Positions 45,764 to 56,700 of a stretch of DNA of 64,000 bases are shown in pieces. The stretch is from Bacteroidota bacterium (GTDB lineage: Bacteria; Bacteroidota; Bacteroidia; AKYH767-A; 2013-40CM-41-45): assembly GCA_043747595.1 (NCBI GenBank), contig JAYTOX010000054.1, forward strand, positions 3,287 through 67,286, in the 5' to 3' direction. Positions within the stretch are counted from its first letter, which is position 1; the number at the start of each line of letters is the position of its first letter. The notes below the pieces were generated by a model, which was given only the letters and a program-made list of their open reading frames with translations, did no database searches and had not been told where the DNA came from. The translations under genes were made by a program, and so were the position numbers.

Positions 45764-47833
45764 ATGGCATTAAAGCTTAAAAACTATACTCAAGGCCGAT
45801 GGGTCGAAGGCGAAGGAATTGGGAACTCTTTGTTCAATGCCATTACAGGTGAAGAAATTTTTAGCTCTACCAGTGAAGGCATCGATTTTGGTGGCATGTT
45901 AGATTATGGTCGAAAAACAGCCGGGTCGAAGCTTCGCAAAATGACTTTTCATGAGCGTGCGCGAATGATCAAGGCTTTGGCGATGCATTTGAATGAAAAG
46001 AAAAAAAGTTTTTATGCCCTTTCTGCTGCAACAGGAGCCACAAAGGCCGATTCCTGGATCGATATAGACGGTGGAATTGGTAATTTGTTTGTTTATGCAA
46101 GTAAAGGTCGCCGCGAATTGCCCGACGAGTCGTTTTATGTTGACGGCAATATGGAAATGATTTCTAAGAACGGAACTTTTGTAGGTCACCATATTTGTGT
46201 ACCTTTAGAAGGAGTAGCCGTTCATATAAATGCTTTTAATTTTCCTGTTTGGGGAATGCTAGAAAAGATCGCTGTAAATTTATTAGCAGGAGTTCCTGCT
46301 ATTGTAAAGCCGGCATCGTCAACATCCTTTTTAACTGAATTAGTTGTTCAAGAAATTATTGCATCAAAAATATTACCTGAAGGTTCACTCCAATTAATTT
46401 GTGGAGGCGTTGGCGATTTATTCGACCATCTTACTTGTCAGGATGTAGTAACGTTTACAGGCTCGGCTACTACCGGGAGAATGCTAAAGAGTAATTCAAC
46501 CATTCTGAATAATTCAGTTCGCTTCAACATGGAAGCCGATTCGTTGAACTGTTCTATTCTTGGTCCGGATTGCACACCTGAAACAGAAGAGTTCAAACTC
46601 TTTGTAAAGGAAGTGACGCGAGAAATGACAGTGAAAGCCGGACAAAAATGTACGGCGATAAGACGGGTAATTGTTCCGGAAAATTTGATTGAAGCAGTAA
46701 AGAATGCAGTGAGCGAGCGATTAAAAAGTACAGTGATTGGTGATCCCGCAGTTGAAGGAGTACGAATGGGACCATTGGCTAGTCACTCGCAAGTGAAAGA
46801 TGTAAAAGATAAAGTACGACAGTTAATGACATCATGCGATCTCGTTTATGGAAACGTTGACGACGTAGAAGTAGTAGGTGCCGATTCAAAGAAAGGAGCA
46901 TTTATTTCTGCCATGCTGTTATATTGTAAAGAGCCGATGAAACATTTAGAGCCACATTCAATAGAAGCCTTTGGTCCGGTAAGCACGATAATGCCTTATC
47001 GATCGAATGAAGAAGCTGTTGAGTTGGCGAAAATGGGAAAGGGAAGTTTAGTAGGATCAATCTTTACAGCCGATAATAAGTTTGCAAAAGAAATGGTAAT
47101 TGGAGCTGCTTCTATGCACGGAAGAATGGTGATCATCAACAAAGAATGTGCGGGAGAGTCGACTGGTCATGGTTCACCACTCCCCCACTTAGTACATGGT
47201 GGTCCGGGGCGTGCAGGTGGCGGAGAAGAAATGGGAGGAATACGGGGAGTGTATCATTACATGCAGAGAACCGCATTGCAAGGATCGCCGACCACACTTA
47301 CAAAAATATTAAATACATATTTGCCGGGAGCGGAAACGAAAGAAGATGTAATTCATCCTTTCCGAAAATATTTTGAAGAAATAAATGTTGGTGATTCATT
47401 GATTACACATAGAAGAACCGTGAGTGAAGCAGACATAGTAAACTTCGCAGGAATCAGCGGCGATTTTTTCTATGCGCACATGGATGAAACATCGTTAGAA
47501 GGATCCATATTTGAAAAGAGAGTTGCACATGGATATTTTGTGATCTCAGCAGCAGCCGGACTTTTTGTTGATCCAAAGAAGGGGCCAGTGCTTGCAAATT
47601 ATGGATTAGATAATTTACGATTCATTCAGCCGGTATATGTTGGGGATACTATTCACGTTAAGATAACATGTCAGCGTAAAACTCAAAAAGATAAACGCGA
47701 AGGACAATTAAACCAAGGAGTAGTTGAATGGTATGTAGAAGTAATAAATCAAAAGCAAGAAATTGTTGCACTGGAAACAGTGTTAACATTAGTTGCATGT
47801 AAAGAGCAAGAACAAAAAGAACAATTAGTATAA
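45764..47833 (+). CDS. paaZ: Bifunctional oxepin-CoA hydrolase / 3-oxo-5,6-dehydrosuberyl-CoA semialdehyde dehydrogenase PaaZ
   Basis: 689 aa. The N-terminal ~510 aa form an aldehyde dehydrogenase fold ([26 protein letters not shown]). The C-terminal part is a MaoC-like hotdog hydratase ([20 protein letters not shown]). Confidence 0.88.
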   Translation: MALKLKNYTQGRWVEGEGIGNSLFNAITGEEIFSSTSEGIDFGGMLDYGRKTAGSKLRKMTFHERARMIKALAMHLNEKKKSFYALSAATGATKADSWIDIDGGIGNLFVYASKGRRELPDESFYVDGNMEMISKNGTFVGHHICVPLEGVAVHINAFNFPVWGMLEKIAVNLLAGVPAIVKPASSTSFLTELVVQEIIASKILPEGSLQLICGGVGDLFDHLTCQDVVTFTGSATTGRMLKSNSTILNNSVRFNMEADSLNCSILGPDCTPETEEFKLFVKEVTREMTVKAGQKCTAIRRVIVPENLIEAVKNAVSERLKSTVIGDPAVEGVRMGPLASHSQVKDVKDKVRQLMTSCDLVYGNVDDVEVVGADSKKGAFISAMLLYCKEPMKHLEPHSIEAFGPVSTIMPYRSNEEAVELAKMGKGSLVGSIFTADNKFAKEMVIGAASMHGRMVIINKECAGESTGHGSPLPHLVHGGPGRAGGGEEMGGIRGVYHYMQRTALQGSPTTLTKILNTYLPGAETKEDVIHPFRKYFEEINVGDSLITHRRTVSEADIVNFAGISGDFFYAHMDETSLEGSIFEKRVAHGYFVISAAAGLFVDPKKGPVLANYGLDNLRFIQPVYVGDTIHVKITCQRKTQKDKREGQLNQGVVEWYVEVINQKQEIVALETVLTLVACKEQEQKEQLV

Positions 47834-47857
47834 TAAACTATTTTAAAAAATATCGCC

Positions 47858-48310
47858 ATGTTACTTTATGACACGTTAGACCGATTTGAAAAAAAATTTG
47901 GTCACCTTAAGAAAAAGGGACTTCGCATCAATGGATTAAAACTGATCGATCCAAAGCGTAAAAAACACGTGATCGATGTTAGTCGTCCATTAATTTTCGA
48001 CAATCGTTTGCTTCCAAAATCGTTTGAAGGCTTAGATGTCAAAATGATTATTCACGGCGATCTGCCGAATGAATTTAAAATTGATCGCACAACACCCGAT
48101 TGGCAGAAAAAAGAATACATCTGGGCACCGGAGCGTTTTGAAATATTCGTAGACCGTTGTGCAACAGAAATAAAAAAACAGCTGGGCAACACAAGTATGA
48201 CACGTGACGAAATGTTGTCGGCACTTTGTTTCGGCGATTTCACAGCACACAAAGAAAAAACAGAAACGTTAATAGCCGAAGGTAAATTACCAAGCTATAC
48301 GATCAACTAA
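47858..48310 (+). CDS. Hypothetical protein (150 aa), probably co-transcribed with paaZ
   Basis: The ORF starts 24 nt after the paaZ stop and is followed by a strong terminator. No family was recognised. Confidence 0.55.
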   Translation: MLLYDTLDRFEKKFGHLKKKGLRINGLKLIDPKRKKHVIDVSRPLIFDNRLLPKSFEGLDVKMIIHGDLPNEFKIDRTTPDWQKKEYIWAPERFEIFVDRCATEIKKQLGNTSMTRDEMLSALCFGDFTAHKEKTETLIAEGKLPSYTIN

Positions 48311-48332
48311 TTTTTTGTTAGAAGAAAAAAAG

Positions 48333-48366
48333 AAGACTACTCTGTTAAAGGGTAGTCTTTTTTTTG
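48333..48366 (+). terminator. Rho-independent terminator
   Basis: AAGACTAC stem, 11-nt loop, GTAGTCTT stem, then T8. Confidence 0.8.
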
Positions 48367-48401
48367 TTTATAGTTGGAGCGAGAAGCATGACAAAGAAAA
48401 A

Positions 48402-49367
48402 TCTGAGGTACTCAGCGGAATCTGCGGGAACCAAAAAAAATTCTCCCGATGACACTGCTGATTTTCGCAGAAAAATTCGCTGAAGTATTTCATCATGATT
48501 CAAATTACAATTCTCGACATTCGAATTACGATAAATATTCTGCGGCACTCAGCGGAATCTGCGGGAACCCAAAAAAATTCTCCCGCAGACTCCGCAGATT
48601 TTCGCTGAAAAATTCGCTGAAGTATTTCATCATGATTCAAATTACAATCCTCGACATTCGAATTACGATAAATATTCTGCGGCACTCAGCGGATTCTGCG
48701 GGAACCCAAAATATTTCTCCCGCAGACCCCGTAGATTTTCGCAGAAAAATTCGCTGAAGTATTTCATCATGAATCAAATTACAATTCTCGACATTCGAAT
48801 TACGATAAATATTCTGCGGTACTCAGCGGATTCTGCAGGAACCCAAAATATTTCTCCCGCAGACCCCGCAGATTTTCGCAGAAAAATTCGCTGAAGTATT
48901 TCATCATGATTCAAATTACAATCCTCGACATTCGAATTACGATAAATATTCTGCGGTACTCAGCGGATTCTGCGGGAACCAAAATATTTCTCCTGCTAAC
49001 ACCGCAGGTTTTCGCAGAAAAATTCGCTGAAGTATTTCATCATGAATCAAATTACAATCCTCGACATTCGAATTACGATAAATATTCTGCGGCACTTTGC
49101 GGATTCTGCGGGAACCAAAATATTTCTCCCGCAGACTCCGCAGATTTTCGCTGAAAAATTCGCGGCAGTAATGGCTCATGAATCAAATTACAATTTTCGA
49201 CATTCGAATTACGATAAATATTCTGCGGTACTCAGCGGATTCTGCGGGAACCAAAATATTTCTCCCGCAGACTCCACAGATTTTCGCTGAAAAATTCGCG
49301 GCAGTAATGGCTCATGAATCAAATTACAATTCTCGACATTCGATTCTCAAATTACAATCCTCGACTT
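48402..49367 (+). repeat. Tandem array of seven 136-137 bp units, each containing a long imperfect palindrome
   Basis: Units start at 48402, 48539, 48676, 48813, 48950, 49086 and 49222. Copies are about 90 percent or more identical by eye. There are no unique spacers. Confidence 0.95.
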
Positions 49368-49394
49368 ACCAATTACCACTCACTACTCACTAAA
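49368..49394 (+). repeat. ACCAATTACCACTCACTACTCACTAAA module capping the tandem array
   Basis: 26 of 27 positions are identical to 7497-7523. Confidence 0.85.
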
Positions 49395-49473
49395 AAAAGC
49401 TTTCGTTAAATTATTTTAAAATAAATCCATCGAACAGTTTTCTTCGTAAATTCAATACCAAATTATAAGCACT

Positions 49474-50109
49474 ATGAAGAACTATTTTTTATTATACTTT
49501 ACGCTATTGTTTATTTCTTGTTCGAATGGGCAAATAACTAAAAACGAATTTCCCCTCGGACAATCGAATAAATCACCGAACGAAAAAGTGGCGACATTTG
49601 CTGAAGGATGTTTTTGGCATTCAGAAATAGTTTTTCAAAGCCTAGTGGGCGTAAGAGATGCTGTGTCCGGTTACTCCGGCGGACATGATCCTAGTCCATC
49701 GTATGAAGGTGTATGCGAAGGCAGCACCGGACATGCTGAAGCTGTGCAAGTGTATTACGATCCACAAAAAGTGAGTTATGAGACGCTAGTCAAAGCCTTT
49801 TTTTCAAGTATGGATCCAACACAATTAAACCGACAAGGAAATGATAGAGGCAGCCAATATCGCTCCGCAGCATTTTACAGAACAGATACAGAAAAAGCTA
49901 TCATTGATGCAGAGATAAAACGATTGACTGACAGTAAAAAATACAACCATCCACTCGTTACTGAGGTAAAACCATTCGTAAACTTTTACCCAGCCGAAAA
50001 ATACCATCAGGAATATGTGCATTATCATCCCGATAATGGCTACGTAAGTGGAGTTTCTATTCCGGAATATTTAGAATGGAAGAAAGAATTCAAAGGCAAC
50101 TTCAAATGA
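49474..50109 (+). CDS. msrA: Peptide methionine (S)-S-oxide reductase MsrA, with a lipoprotein-type signal
   Basis: 211 aa. The N-terminal signal LLFISCSNG carries a lipobox Cys. The active-site motif is AEGCFWHSE. Confidence 0.92.
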   Translation: MKNYFLLYFTLLFISCSNGQITKNEFPLGQSNKSPNEKVATFAEGCFWHSEIVFQSLVGVRDAVSGYSGGHDPSPSYEGVCEGSTGHAEAVQVYYDPQKVSYETLVKAFFSSMDPTQLNRQGNDRGSQYRSAAFYRTDTEKAIIDAEIKRLTDSKKYNHPLVTEVKPFVNFYPAEKYHQEYVHYHPDNGYVSGVSIPEYLEWKKEFKGNFK

Positions 50110-50234
50110 GTAATTGATAATCGAGAAGAACAGAACGGCTAATTAAACTTTACAATAGGTCATTTCTTTCCTCATATTTTCCCACTTTATAAAACGATTC
50201 TTTTTGCCTTTCTTTGCTTTCAAACAAGTTAAGA

Positions 50235-50999
50235 ATGTCAGCAGGAACCATTTCAACCATTATTAACAACGGCATAGCCGAAATTACTTTTTTCCATCCT
50301 CAATCGAATTCACTTCCGGGAATTTTATTGATGGAGTTGGCAGGAGCAATTGAAAAAGCAGGCAATGATTCTTCAGTAAAAGTTATTCTTCTTCAAAGTG
50401 CCGGTGAAAAAGCATTTTGCGCAGGAGCTTCATTCGACGAATTAGTTGCTATTCAAAATTTAGAGGAAGGCACAAAATTTTTCTCCGGCTTTGCGGCCGT
50501 CATCAATGCTATTCGAAAAGCGCCAAAGTTTGTGATTGCACGCGTTCAAGGAAAAGCTGTAGGAGGAGGAGTAGGAATTGCTTGTGCAGCCGACTATACC
50601 TTCGCCCTAGAAGGTGCATCAGTAAAGCTAAGTGAATTGGCTGTAGGCATTGGTCCGTTTGTAGTAGGACCAGCAGTAGAGCGAAAAATAGGTTCATCAG
50701 CATTTGCTTCGTTATCTATCAACGCAACAGAATGGCAAAGTGCGCAATGGGCGAAAGAAAAAGGTATGTATGCAGAAATTTTCGAATCTGTCGAAGCAAT
50801 GGATGTAGCAATTCAATCGTTACTTGGAAAATTATCTTCTTCAAATCCTGAAGCGATGCAAGCACTCAAAAAAGTATTTTGGATGGGAACCGAAAACTGG
50901 GATACATTACTTCTAGAGCGTGCAAAAACAAGCGGAACATTAGTTCTCTCTGACTTTACAAAAGCATCCATTGCTAAATTCAAAGCCGGAGCTCGCTAG
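50235..50999 (+). CDS. Enoyl-CoA hydratase/isomerase (crotonase) family protein, possibly PaaF/PaaG-like
   Basis: Crotonase fold pattern (...AFCAGASFDEL..., ARVQGKAVGGGVGIACAADY). I chose the ATG at 50235; the track start at 50214 is TTG. The paa role is inferred only from the neighbourhood. Confidence 0.8.
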   Translation: MSAGTISTIINNGIAEITFFHPQSNSLPGILLMELAGAIEKAGNDSSVKVILLQSAGEKAFCAGASFDELVAIQNLEEGTKFFSGFAAVINAIRKAPKFVIARVQGKAVGGGVGIACAADYTFALEGASVKLSELAVGIGPFVVGPAVERKIGSSAFASLSINATEWQSAQWAKEKGMYAEIFESVEAMDVAIQSLLGKLSSSNPEAMQALKKVFWMGTENWDTLLLERAKTSGTLVLSDFTKASIAKFKAGAR

Positions 51000-51540
51000 A
51001 GCATAGGTGATAGCTTATTTAGTCTTCAACTTGAGAAGCGAGATACTAAAATGAATAGGTAATACAGTTCGAAGAATTTCAAGATTCTTTGTTAAGAGCT
51101 GTGCGATCTCTCATCCACTGTTCAAGGCTCGATGTGTTTATCTCTAGACCAAAAGTTAAGTACGAAGAAAAAATGTCTAAAGGATTTCTATACGAAAGTC
51201 AAGTACAAAGTCTTGGAACATTAGCAGCCTTTTTGGAATGTGGATTTGGAGAGTGTGTGTGTTCCCATTTTACAATACTTAGAAATTTTACTTTATGTAA
51301 AATGAAATATTGAAAAACTGCTTCATATTCTTGAGCGTTAGTTTTTTTATACCAAAAGGTAATATACCATTTAGTATAATACAAAGATATAAAATTACCG
51401 GAAAACGAGTCGTTTCGGCTTATTTTAAAACCTGTTCAAGAAAAACAGTCAAACAAATTAAAACATTAGCCGCTGTTTAAAAAATTTGTCTTTTTTCAGC
51501 GCAATCCCAGAATTCGAAAAAACTCAACAGTGTACAATCC

Positions 51541-51685
51541 GCACCACCCGCTGCGACGGACTTCACTCAAATTTTTATTATTATCCAATAAAACAAATCT
51601 TCAGACCACCTCGACGTATATTCGTCCGTTGTTTTTTAGCTTTGGATATTCATCCACTATTCAAAGTTCATCGTCTTGCAAATAA
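51541..51685 (-). repeat. Non-coding repeat element, copy C (inverted orientation, more diverged)
   Basis: The reverse complement reads ...GACGATGAACTTTGAATAGTGGATGAATATCCAAAGCTAAAAAACAACGGACGAATATACGTCGAGGTGG...GTCCGTCGCAGCGGGTGG. This is the same core as copies A and B. Confidence 0.65.
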
Positions 51686-51998
51686 CAACTCCTATGTCGA
51701 ACTTACTTAACACCACCTGTAATTACTAACTGGTCCTAATTTTTCTAATCCTTAATCGGCAAATTGTACAGAACACACGTTGAGACATTCATCGCAGACG
51801 AATGTCAGCAGCGGGATTTACAGATTTTTTAAAAAATTGAATCTATTTTACATTCAAAGGAACGGACGAATGGTTGTCGAAGCGGGAAGTTTTTTTCCAA
51901 GAATAAATTTATACTAGATAAAACCTGAAGTACTGTGTGCCTCAGAATCCCCAACCGTACAAGGCAGACGCGCAAAGATTCCAACGAGCGGAGATTTA

Positions 51999-53681
51999 CT
52001 AAAATGAATATGTAATTCCAACAAGCATATTGAATCGCTCCGAAGGGTAATTATTCCAGTAGTAATACCGAGAGAAACCTAGGTTATTTAAATTAGCAAA
52101 TACAGAAAGTATTTTCGAGTAGCGATACTCCAATCCCAAGTTCACATCAGCAAATCCTTTTATACTTTTTTCACTAAAGCCAATTGGTTCTTGAACACGC
52201 ACGAAATAATTTCCTCTAAAGAAAACGGCAGCATCTACATATAATTTACTGCGGAGATTATATTTCAAGTCCAACTTTACTTCCGTATTAGGTTTATGCC
52301 ATGCTTTTTGAGAAAAATCTAATGAATAACTATGCTGGTCAACATGCACGTTTGCAATAAACTTTTCAGACGCTCTATAAGTTAACTCGCCATGGAATGT
52401 CAGCACTTTTCCATCCACAAACAACGCATCGAATTTATTAGTATTGATGCTATCGTTATAAAAGAGCAACATTTTATCGAACGTCGAATATTTGATTGAC
52501 GCAAGGAAGCTTACTCTAGATGAGAAATTTCCATTCAAACCACCTTTCAAAGACAACTTGTCGATCGTATTTAACGGTTGTACTGTTGAGTTAACGAATG
52601 GGTTTTCCAGTGCCATAGTATAAAAATTATTCTTCACTACTCCCCCATCAACATTTGCAAATAAATAAAGAACGTTTTCAGCAATCGGCAATGTAAAATC
52701 AATTTTTGGAAAAAGATGTACGGTCGATTCTAAATTCTTTTCAAGAGCAAGTTCTAATCCTAAAGAAAGCAAAGCCTTTTCATTTTTCAATTTAATCATA
52801 GGCGTTGCTTTAATAATATGTCTGCTCAAATCAGAATTGATATTCAGCAATTCGTATTCAGCTTTAGATTTCTGAAAATAATCGAAACTCAAATCGGTTC
52901 TGAAATAGAAACTTTCTAAATTCTTGCCAACAAAACCATGTACCAATATATCATTCTCGCTTACTTTGTAATGATCGTTTATTAACTTCCAATCAATGCC
53001 TCCTGAATAATCAATTTTATCTTTACTCAGATTATTAGTAGCCAAATTCAATTTTAAACCAAACATATTAAAGCGCTGCGCCGTTGCAGCTTTATCGGCC
53101 ACTGTATCTTCAGAATTTAATCCGTAGTAATGAACAGCATTACGATCATAATTGAATTCACCATCGAACACTTTATTATCGAATAAATATTTTCCATAAA
53201 GTCCACCATGATTTTTACTGTAACTGGCAGGTCCTACATTTGCTAAACCCGGGCTACCGGAAAGATGACTAAGCGCAACTCCGAGCGCTCCTTTTTTACT
53301 TCGTAGAGCATTTACATACAGCTCACCGTTATAAATTGAGTAATTACCTAAACCTAATTTGATATACGTTTTATATAATTTAGCAAGCGGTTCATCTTTT
53401 ATTTTGACAGCTTTGATCGTTGATGTTTCATAATTCGTTTCCGCCTTCTGTGAGCGAATACTGTAAGTTAACTCCGGCGGATTTGTAGATGACGTATCTC
53501 CTTCAGGTGAATCTGATACCTTATATGATTCAGCAAGGATCGGACGATAATCTTTTACAACGATATATGTTTTATCGCCCAAGTCTTCTTTATTTTCTGT
53601 TGGCGTTTTATCTTGCGCAAAAAGAATTGTAGGAAGTACGAGTAAAAGTGTTTGCAGAAAATAGTTTTTCATTTTTTTCAT
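51999..53681 (-). CDS. Predicted outer-membrane beta-barrel protein
   Basis: Signal peptide MKKMKNYFLQTLLLVLPTILFAQ, an alternating beta-strand pattern throughout, and a C-terminal ...LVGITYSF ending in Phe. I chose the internal ATG at 53681 because the track start at 53741 overlaps the upstream gene. Confidence 0.65.
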   Translation of the reverse strand: MKKMKNYFLQTLLLVLPTILFAQDKTPTENKEDLGDKTYIVVKDYRPILAESYKVSDSPEGDTSSTNPPELTYSIRSQKAETNYETSTIKAVKIKDEPLAKLYKTYIKLGLGNYSIYNGELYVNALRSKKGALGVALSHLSGSPGLANVGPASYSKNHGGLYGKYLFDNKVFDGEFNYDRNAVHYYGLNSEDTVADKAATAQRFNMFGLKLNLATNNLSKDKIDYSGGIDWKLINDHYKVSENDILVHGFVGKNLESFYFRTDLSFDYFQKSKAEYELLNINSDLSRHIIKATPMIKLKNEKALLSLGLELALEKNLESTVHLFPKIDFTLPIAENVLYLFANVDGGVVKNNFYTMALENPFVNSTVQPLNTIDKLSLKGGLNGNFSSRVSFLASIKYSTFDKMLLFYNDSINTNKFDALFVDGKVLTFHGELTYRASEKFIANVHVDQHSYSLDFSQKAWHKPNTEVKLDLKYNLRSKLYVDAAVFFRGNYFVRVQEPIGFSEKSIKGFADVNLGLEYRYSKILSVFANLNNLGFSRYYYWNNYPSERFNMLVGITYSF

Positions 53682-53700
53682 TGTGTCGTTATCTTCTGTC

Positions 53701-56700
53701 TTATTTGTTTGTATTAATTTCTGAATCTTCCGGTACTTCATTCGATTTTAATTTCTTGTCTGCGTTTTTATTGCCATCAGAAGCGACGATTGCTGCAAGT
53801 TTATCTTTAGCAATAGTATTTAAATCATCAGGATCATTGGGGTCCTTCTCGTAGTTAGCAATGATACTTTTGTATGTTTCTTTCGCTTGAAAAGTGTCTT
53901 TTTGTGCCAGGTAATTATCGCCTAAAAGAATAAATCCTTTTGCGATCCAATAATCGTACGAAGGGACTTGCTTTTGAATTTCAAAGATAATTTTAGTGGA
54001 CTCTTTGTAATTTGCAAGATTATATTCAATCGCTGCAAGCAGATATTTACTCTCTGCAGTCATTTCGCTATTGGTACGTTTAGATACAATAGTCAATTCA
54101 GTTTTAGCAGAACCATAATCACTTTTTTCAAAATAAGCTTTACCTGTAATGAGATGAGCTTCGTTAGTTAAATCTTTATCGGTAGTGCCACTGTCCAGAA
54201 TTTTCTTTGCGGCAGCAAGAGCTTTAACGTTATCTTTTAATTTGTAAGCAGTACGCATTTGACCTGAATAAGCAGCCATAAGATTGTCTTTTTCTTCTGC
54301 TGTGGTTTCTAACGCTTCAAATTGAGATAGAGCGCGATCGTAAATCTTCAATCGATAATTGATTGCTGCGGCACTTAGCAAAGATTTTTCCGTAAGTGAA
54401 GTCTTAGGCTGAGTAATAACGAACTCGTAGCCTGGAAGTGCTTCTTGATATTTCTTTGCTTTGTATAAACAATCAGACTTGTAATAATTCGCATAAACTT
54501 TAAAGATGGCATTCGAAAATTTAATCATGTATTTATCGAACGACTCGATAGCTTGCGTACAATTTCCTTGAGTATATAATAATTCAGCTGCCTCATACGT
54601 CACAGAATCTTCTGCGGCTTCTGTTAAATCGCCATTCGGGACATTCTTTACATAAGTAAGATATTCGTCAACTTTATTTTGTGAAACGCTGATATTTTTT
54701 ATTTGCGCTAAAGCTTCATGCGACTCACTCGTGTTAGGATATTTTTGGACAATTTTTTTGTAAGCTGCGAGTGCTTTGTCATCTTGCTTAGTATTATAAT
54801 AAACCAAAGCTTCACCCAGTTCAGATTTGCGTAAATAAATTCCATTTGGATATTCATTAATCACACGCTTGAAGTATTTCAATGAGAGTTCGAAATTACC
54901 TTGAGCCATACATGCTTGTCCGGCTTCGTACAAACCATCGTCGTAGTAAACAGATTTCGGATATTTTTCAAATAATTTTTGGAGTATGTTCACTTTATCA
55001 GCAAACTTTCCTTGAATGCCAAGAATGGCTGCTTTTTGATAGAGCGCATAATCACTCGCCTTTGCATTGGCAAGAATAGCTGCATTGTAATTTTCCAAAG
55101 CGCCTGCCTGATCCTTACCAATAAAATAGCAATCAGCTATTCTTAAAGTTGCATCGTTATATCTAGAAACATCGGTATTCAATTTATCTTTCACATATTT
55201 CCTAAATGAATTTAATGCTTCAGGAAAGTTTTCAAGTTTAAAATAACTGTAACCAATGTTGTAATTCGCTAAATTATATCGCTCACTATTCATTGCAGCA
55301 GGAGTGAGAATAAAATTATTATAGGACTTTATAGCATCTTCATAATTTCCCAATTTGTAGGCCGCTTCGCCAGTCCAGTAATTCGATTCTGCAACTAACG
55401 ATTGATTATTGGGATATTGATTTGCAGTTTTAAAAAGCTGAATTGCTTCTTTCGAATTATTATCCATGAATAATTCAACACCTCTATAATAGGCTACTTT
55501 TTGATACGCTGATTTTACATTTTGAGTTTTATTTTTTATAGCATCGAGAGCGATCAATGCATCTTTGTAATTTCTTGTATTTGTGTAGATGTCGATAAGC
55601 AATTCATTTGCTTGATCAAAATACTGGCTATTCGGAAAATCTTGCATAAACGTTCTGAACGATTCAAGAGCCACCGACTGAAACGACAATTCATAAGAAA
55701 GTTTCGCGTAATTAAACGACGACTCTTCTTTGATAGACATGTTAAAATCATACTTAGCGGCACTTTGAAAAGCAGTACGAGCAGAACGTTTGTTGTTTAG
55801 ATTCAACTGGCAATCGGCCAAATGAAAATAAGCATTTTGGCTGAGCGTATCATCGGCACCAATTGTTTTTTGAAAATAAGTTACTGCATTTTTAAAATCT
55901 TTCAGGCGATAATATGAAAATCCGATTGCATAATAATCTTCACGATTTACGTTCGGCGAATTTTTTTCGTAGTCTAATAAATATGGAATTGCATCTTTAT
56001 AACTTTCGGTTCTGTAGTACGACTCACCAACCATTCTACCAATTTCAATTCCATTTCTTGTTGCGGCAGTATCGAGTACAGAAGGTGCATATTTCAAAAC
56101 TTCTTTATACTTTTTTTGGCGGTAATAAATTTGAGTGATGTAATAAGGAGCAATCGGAGCAAATGCTTCAGAGTCTTTCAGTTTAAGAAATGCATTCAAA
56201 GCGGTTTCATAATTCTCATTTACGAAAGCAACATGAGCAAAATAATATTGAGCTGCAGAAGCATATTTTGAATTACCATCTTTCATCAGAAAGAAAGCTT
56301 TCGACGCTTTATCATAATCGTTTGTCATATAATAACTATAGCCCAATTTAAAATTTACTTCGTCTTTTTTTTCGGTTGAAAGATTTGTTTGATCAACCTT
56401 TACAAAATATTCTATAGAACTTTTATATCGTTTCAATCGATAGTAGTAAACACCGAGATCATAAATCGCATTATCGTAATAAGTGCTAGCAGGATATTTA
56501 TCGATAAAATCTAGCATTAAAAATTCAGCATCTTGATTAAACAATTCGGCAGCGCATCGTGCTGTGAAATAAGAAGAGTTCGCAAGGACTTCGCGTTGCA
56601 AATGCGATTTCGAATCAAGAACTTGTAAAAAAAGTTTTTGGGCTGCTCCGTATTTTTCTTTTTCAAAAAGATCGAGTGCTTTTTGATAATCTTTTTCTTG

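Noticed and set aside
48402-49367. CRISPR array
   Set aside because: The units are 136-137 bp and abut each other with no unique spacers. Repeat length and architecture are wrong for CRISPR, and there are no cas genes in the window.
48345-49393. Track ORFs inside the tandem array (48345-48548, 48449-48757, 48500-48685, 48906-49154, 48937-49179, 49042-49290, 49178-49393)
   Set aside because: They are generated by the repeat itself on both strands. Because the period is not divisible by 3, each ORF reads one unit in one frame and the next unit in another before hitting a stop. Several start at GTG. I cannot fully exclude a repeated ~45-60 aa peptide (MIQITILDIRITINILR... or VPQNIYRNSNVEDCNL...). 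A codon-position substitution analysis or Ribo-seq would settle it.
51089-51710. Two 74-aa ORFs (51089-51313, 51486-51710) in the 1 kb gap
   Set aside because: They have no recognisable domains, Cys/Phe-rich odd composition and no -7 box. The second ORF runs across the inverted repeat element. I treated the region as non-coding.
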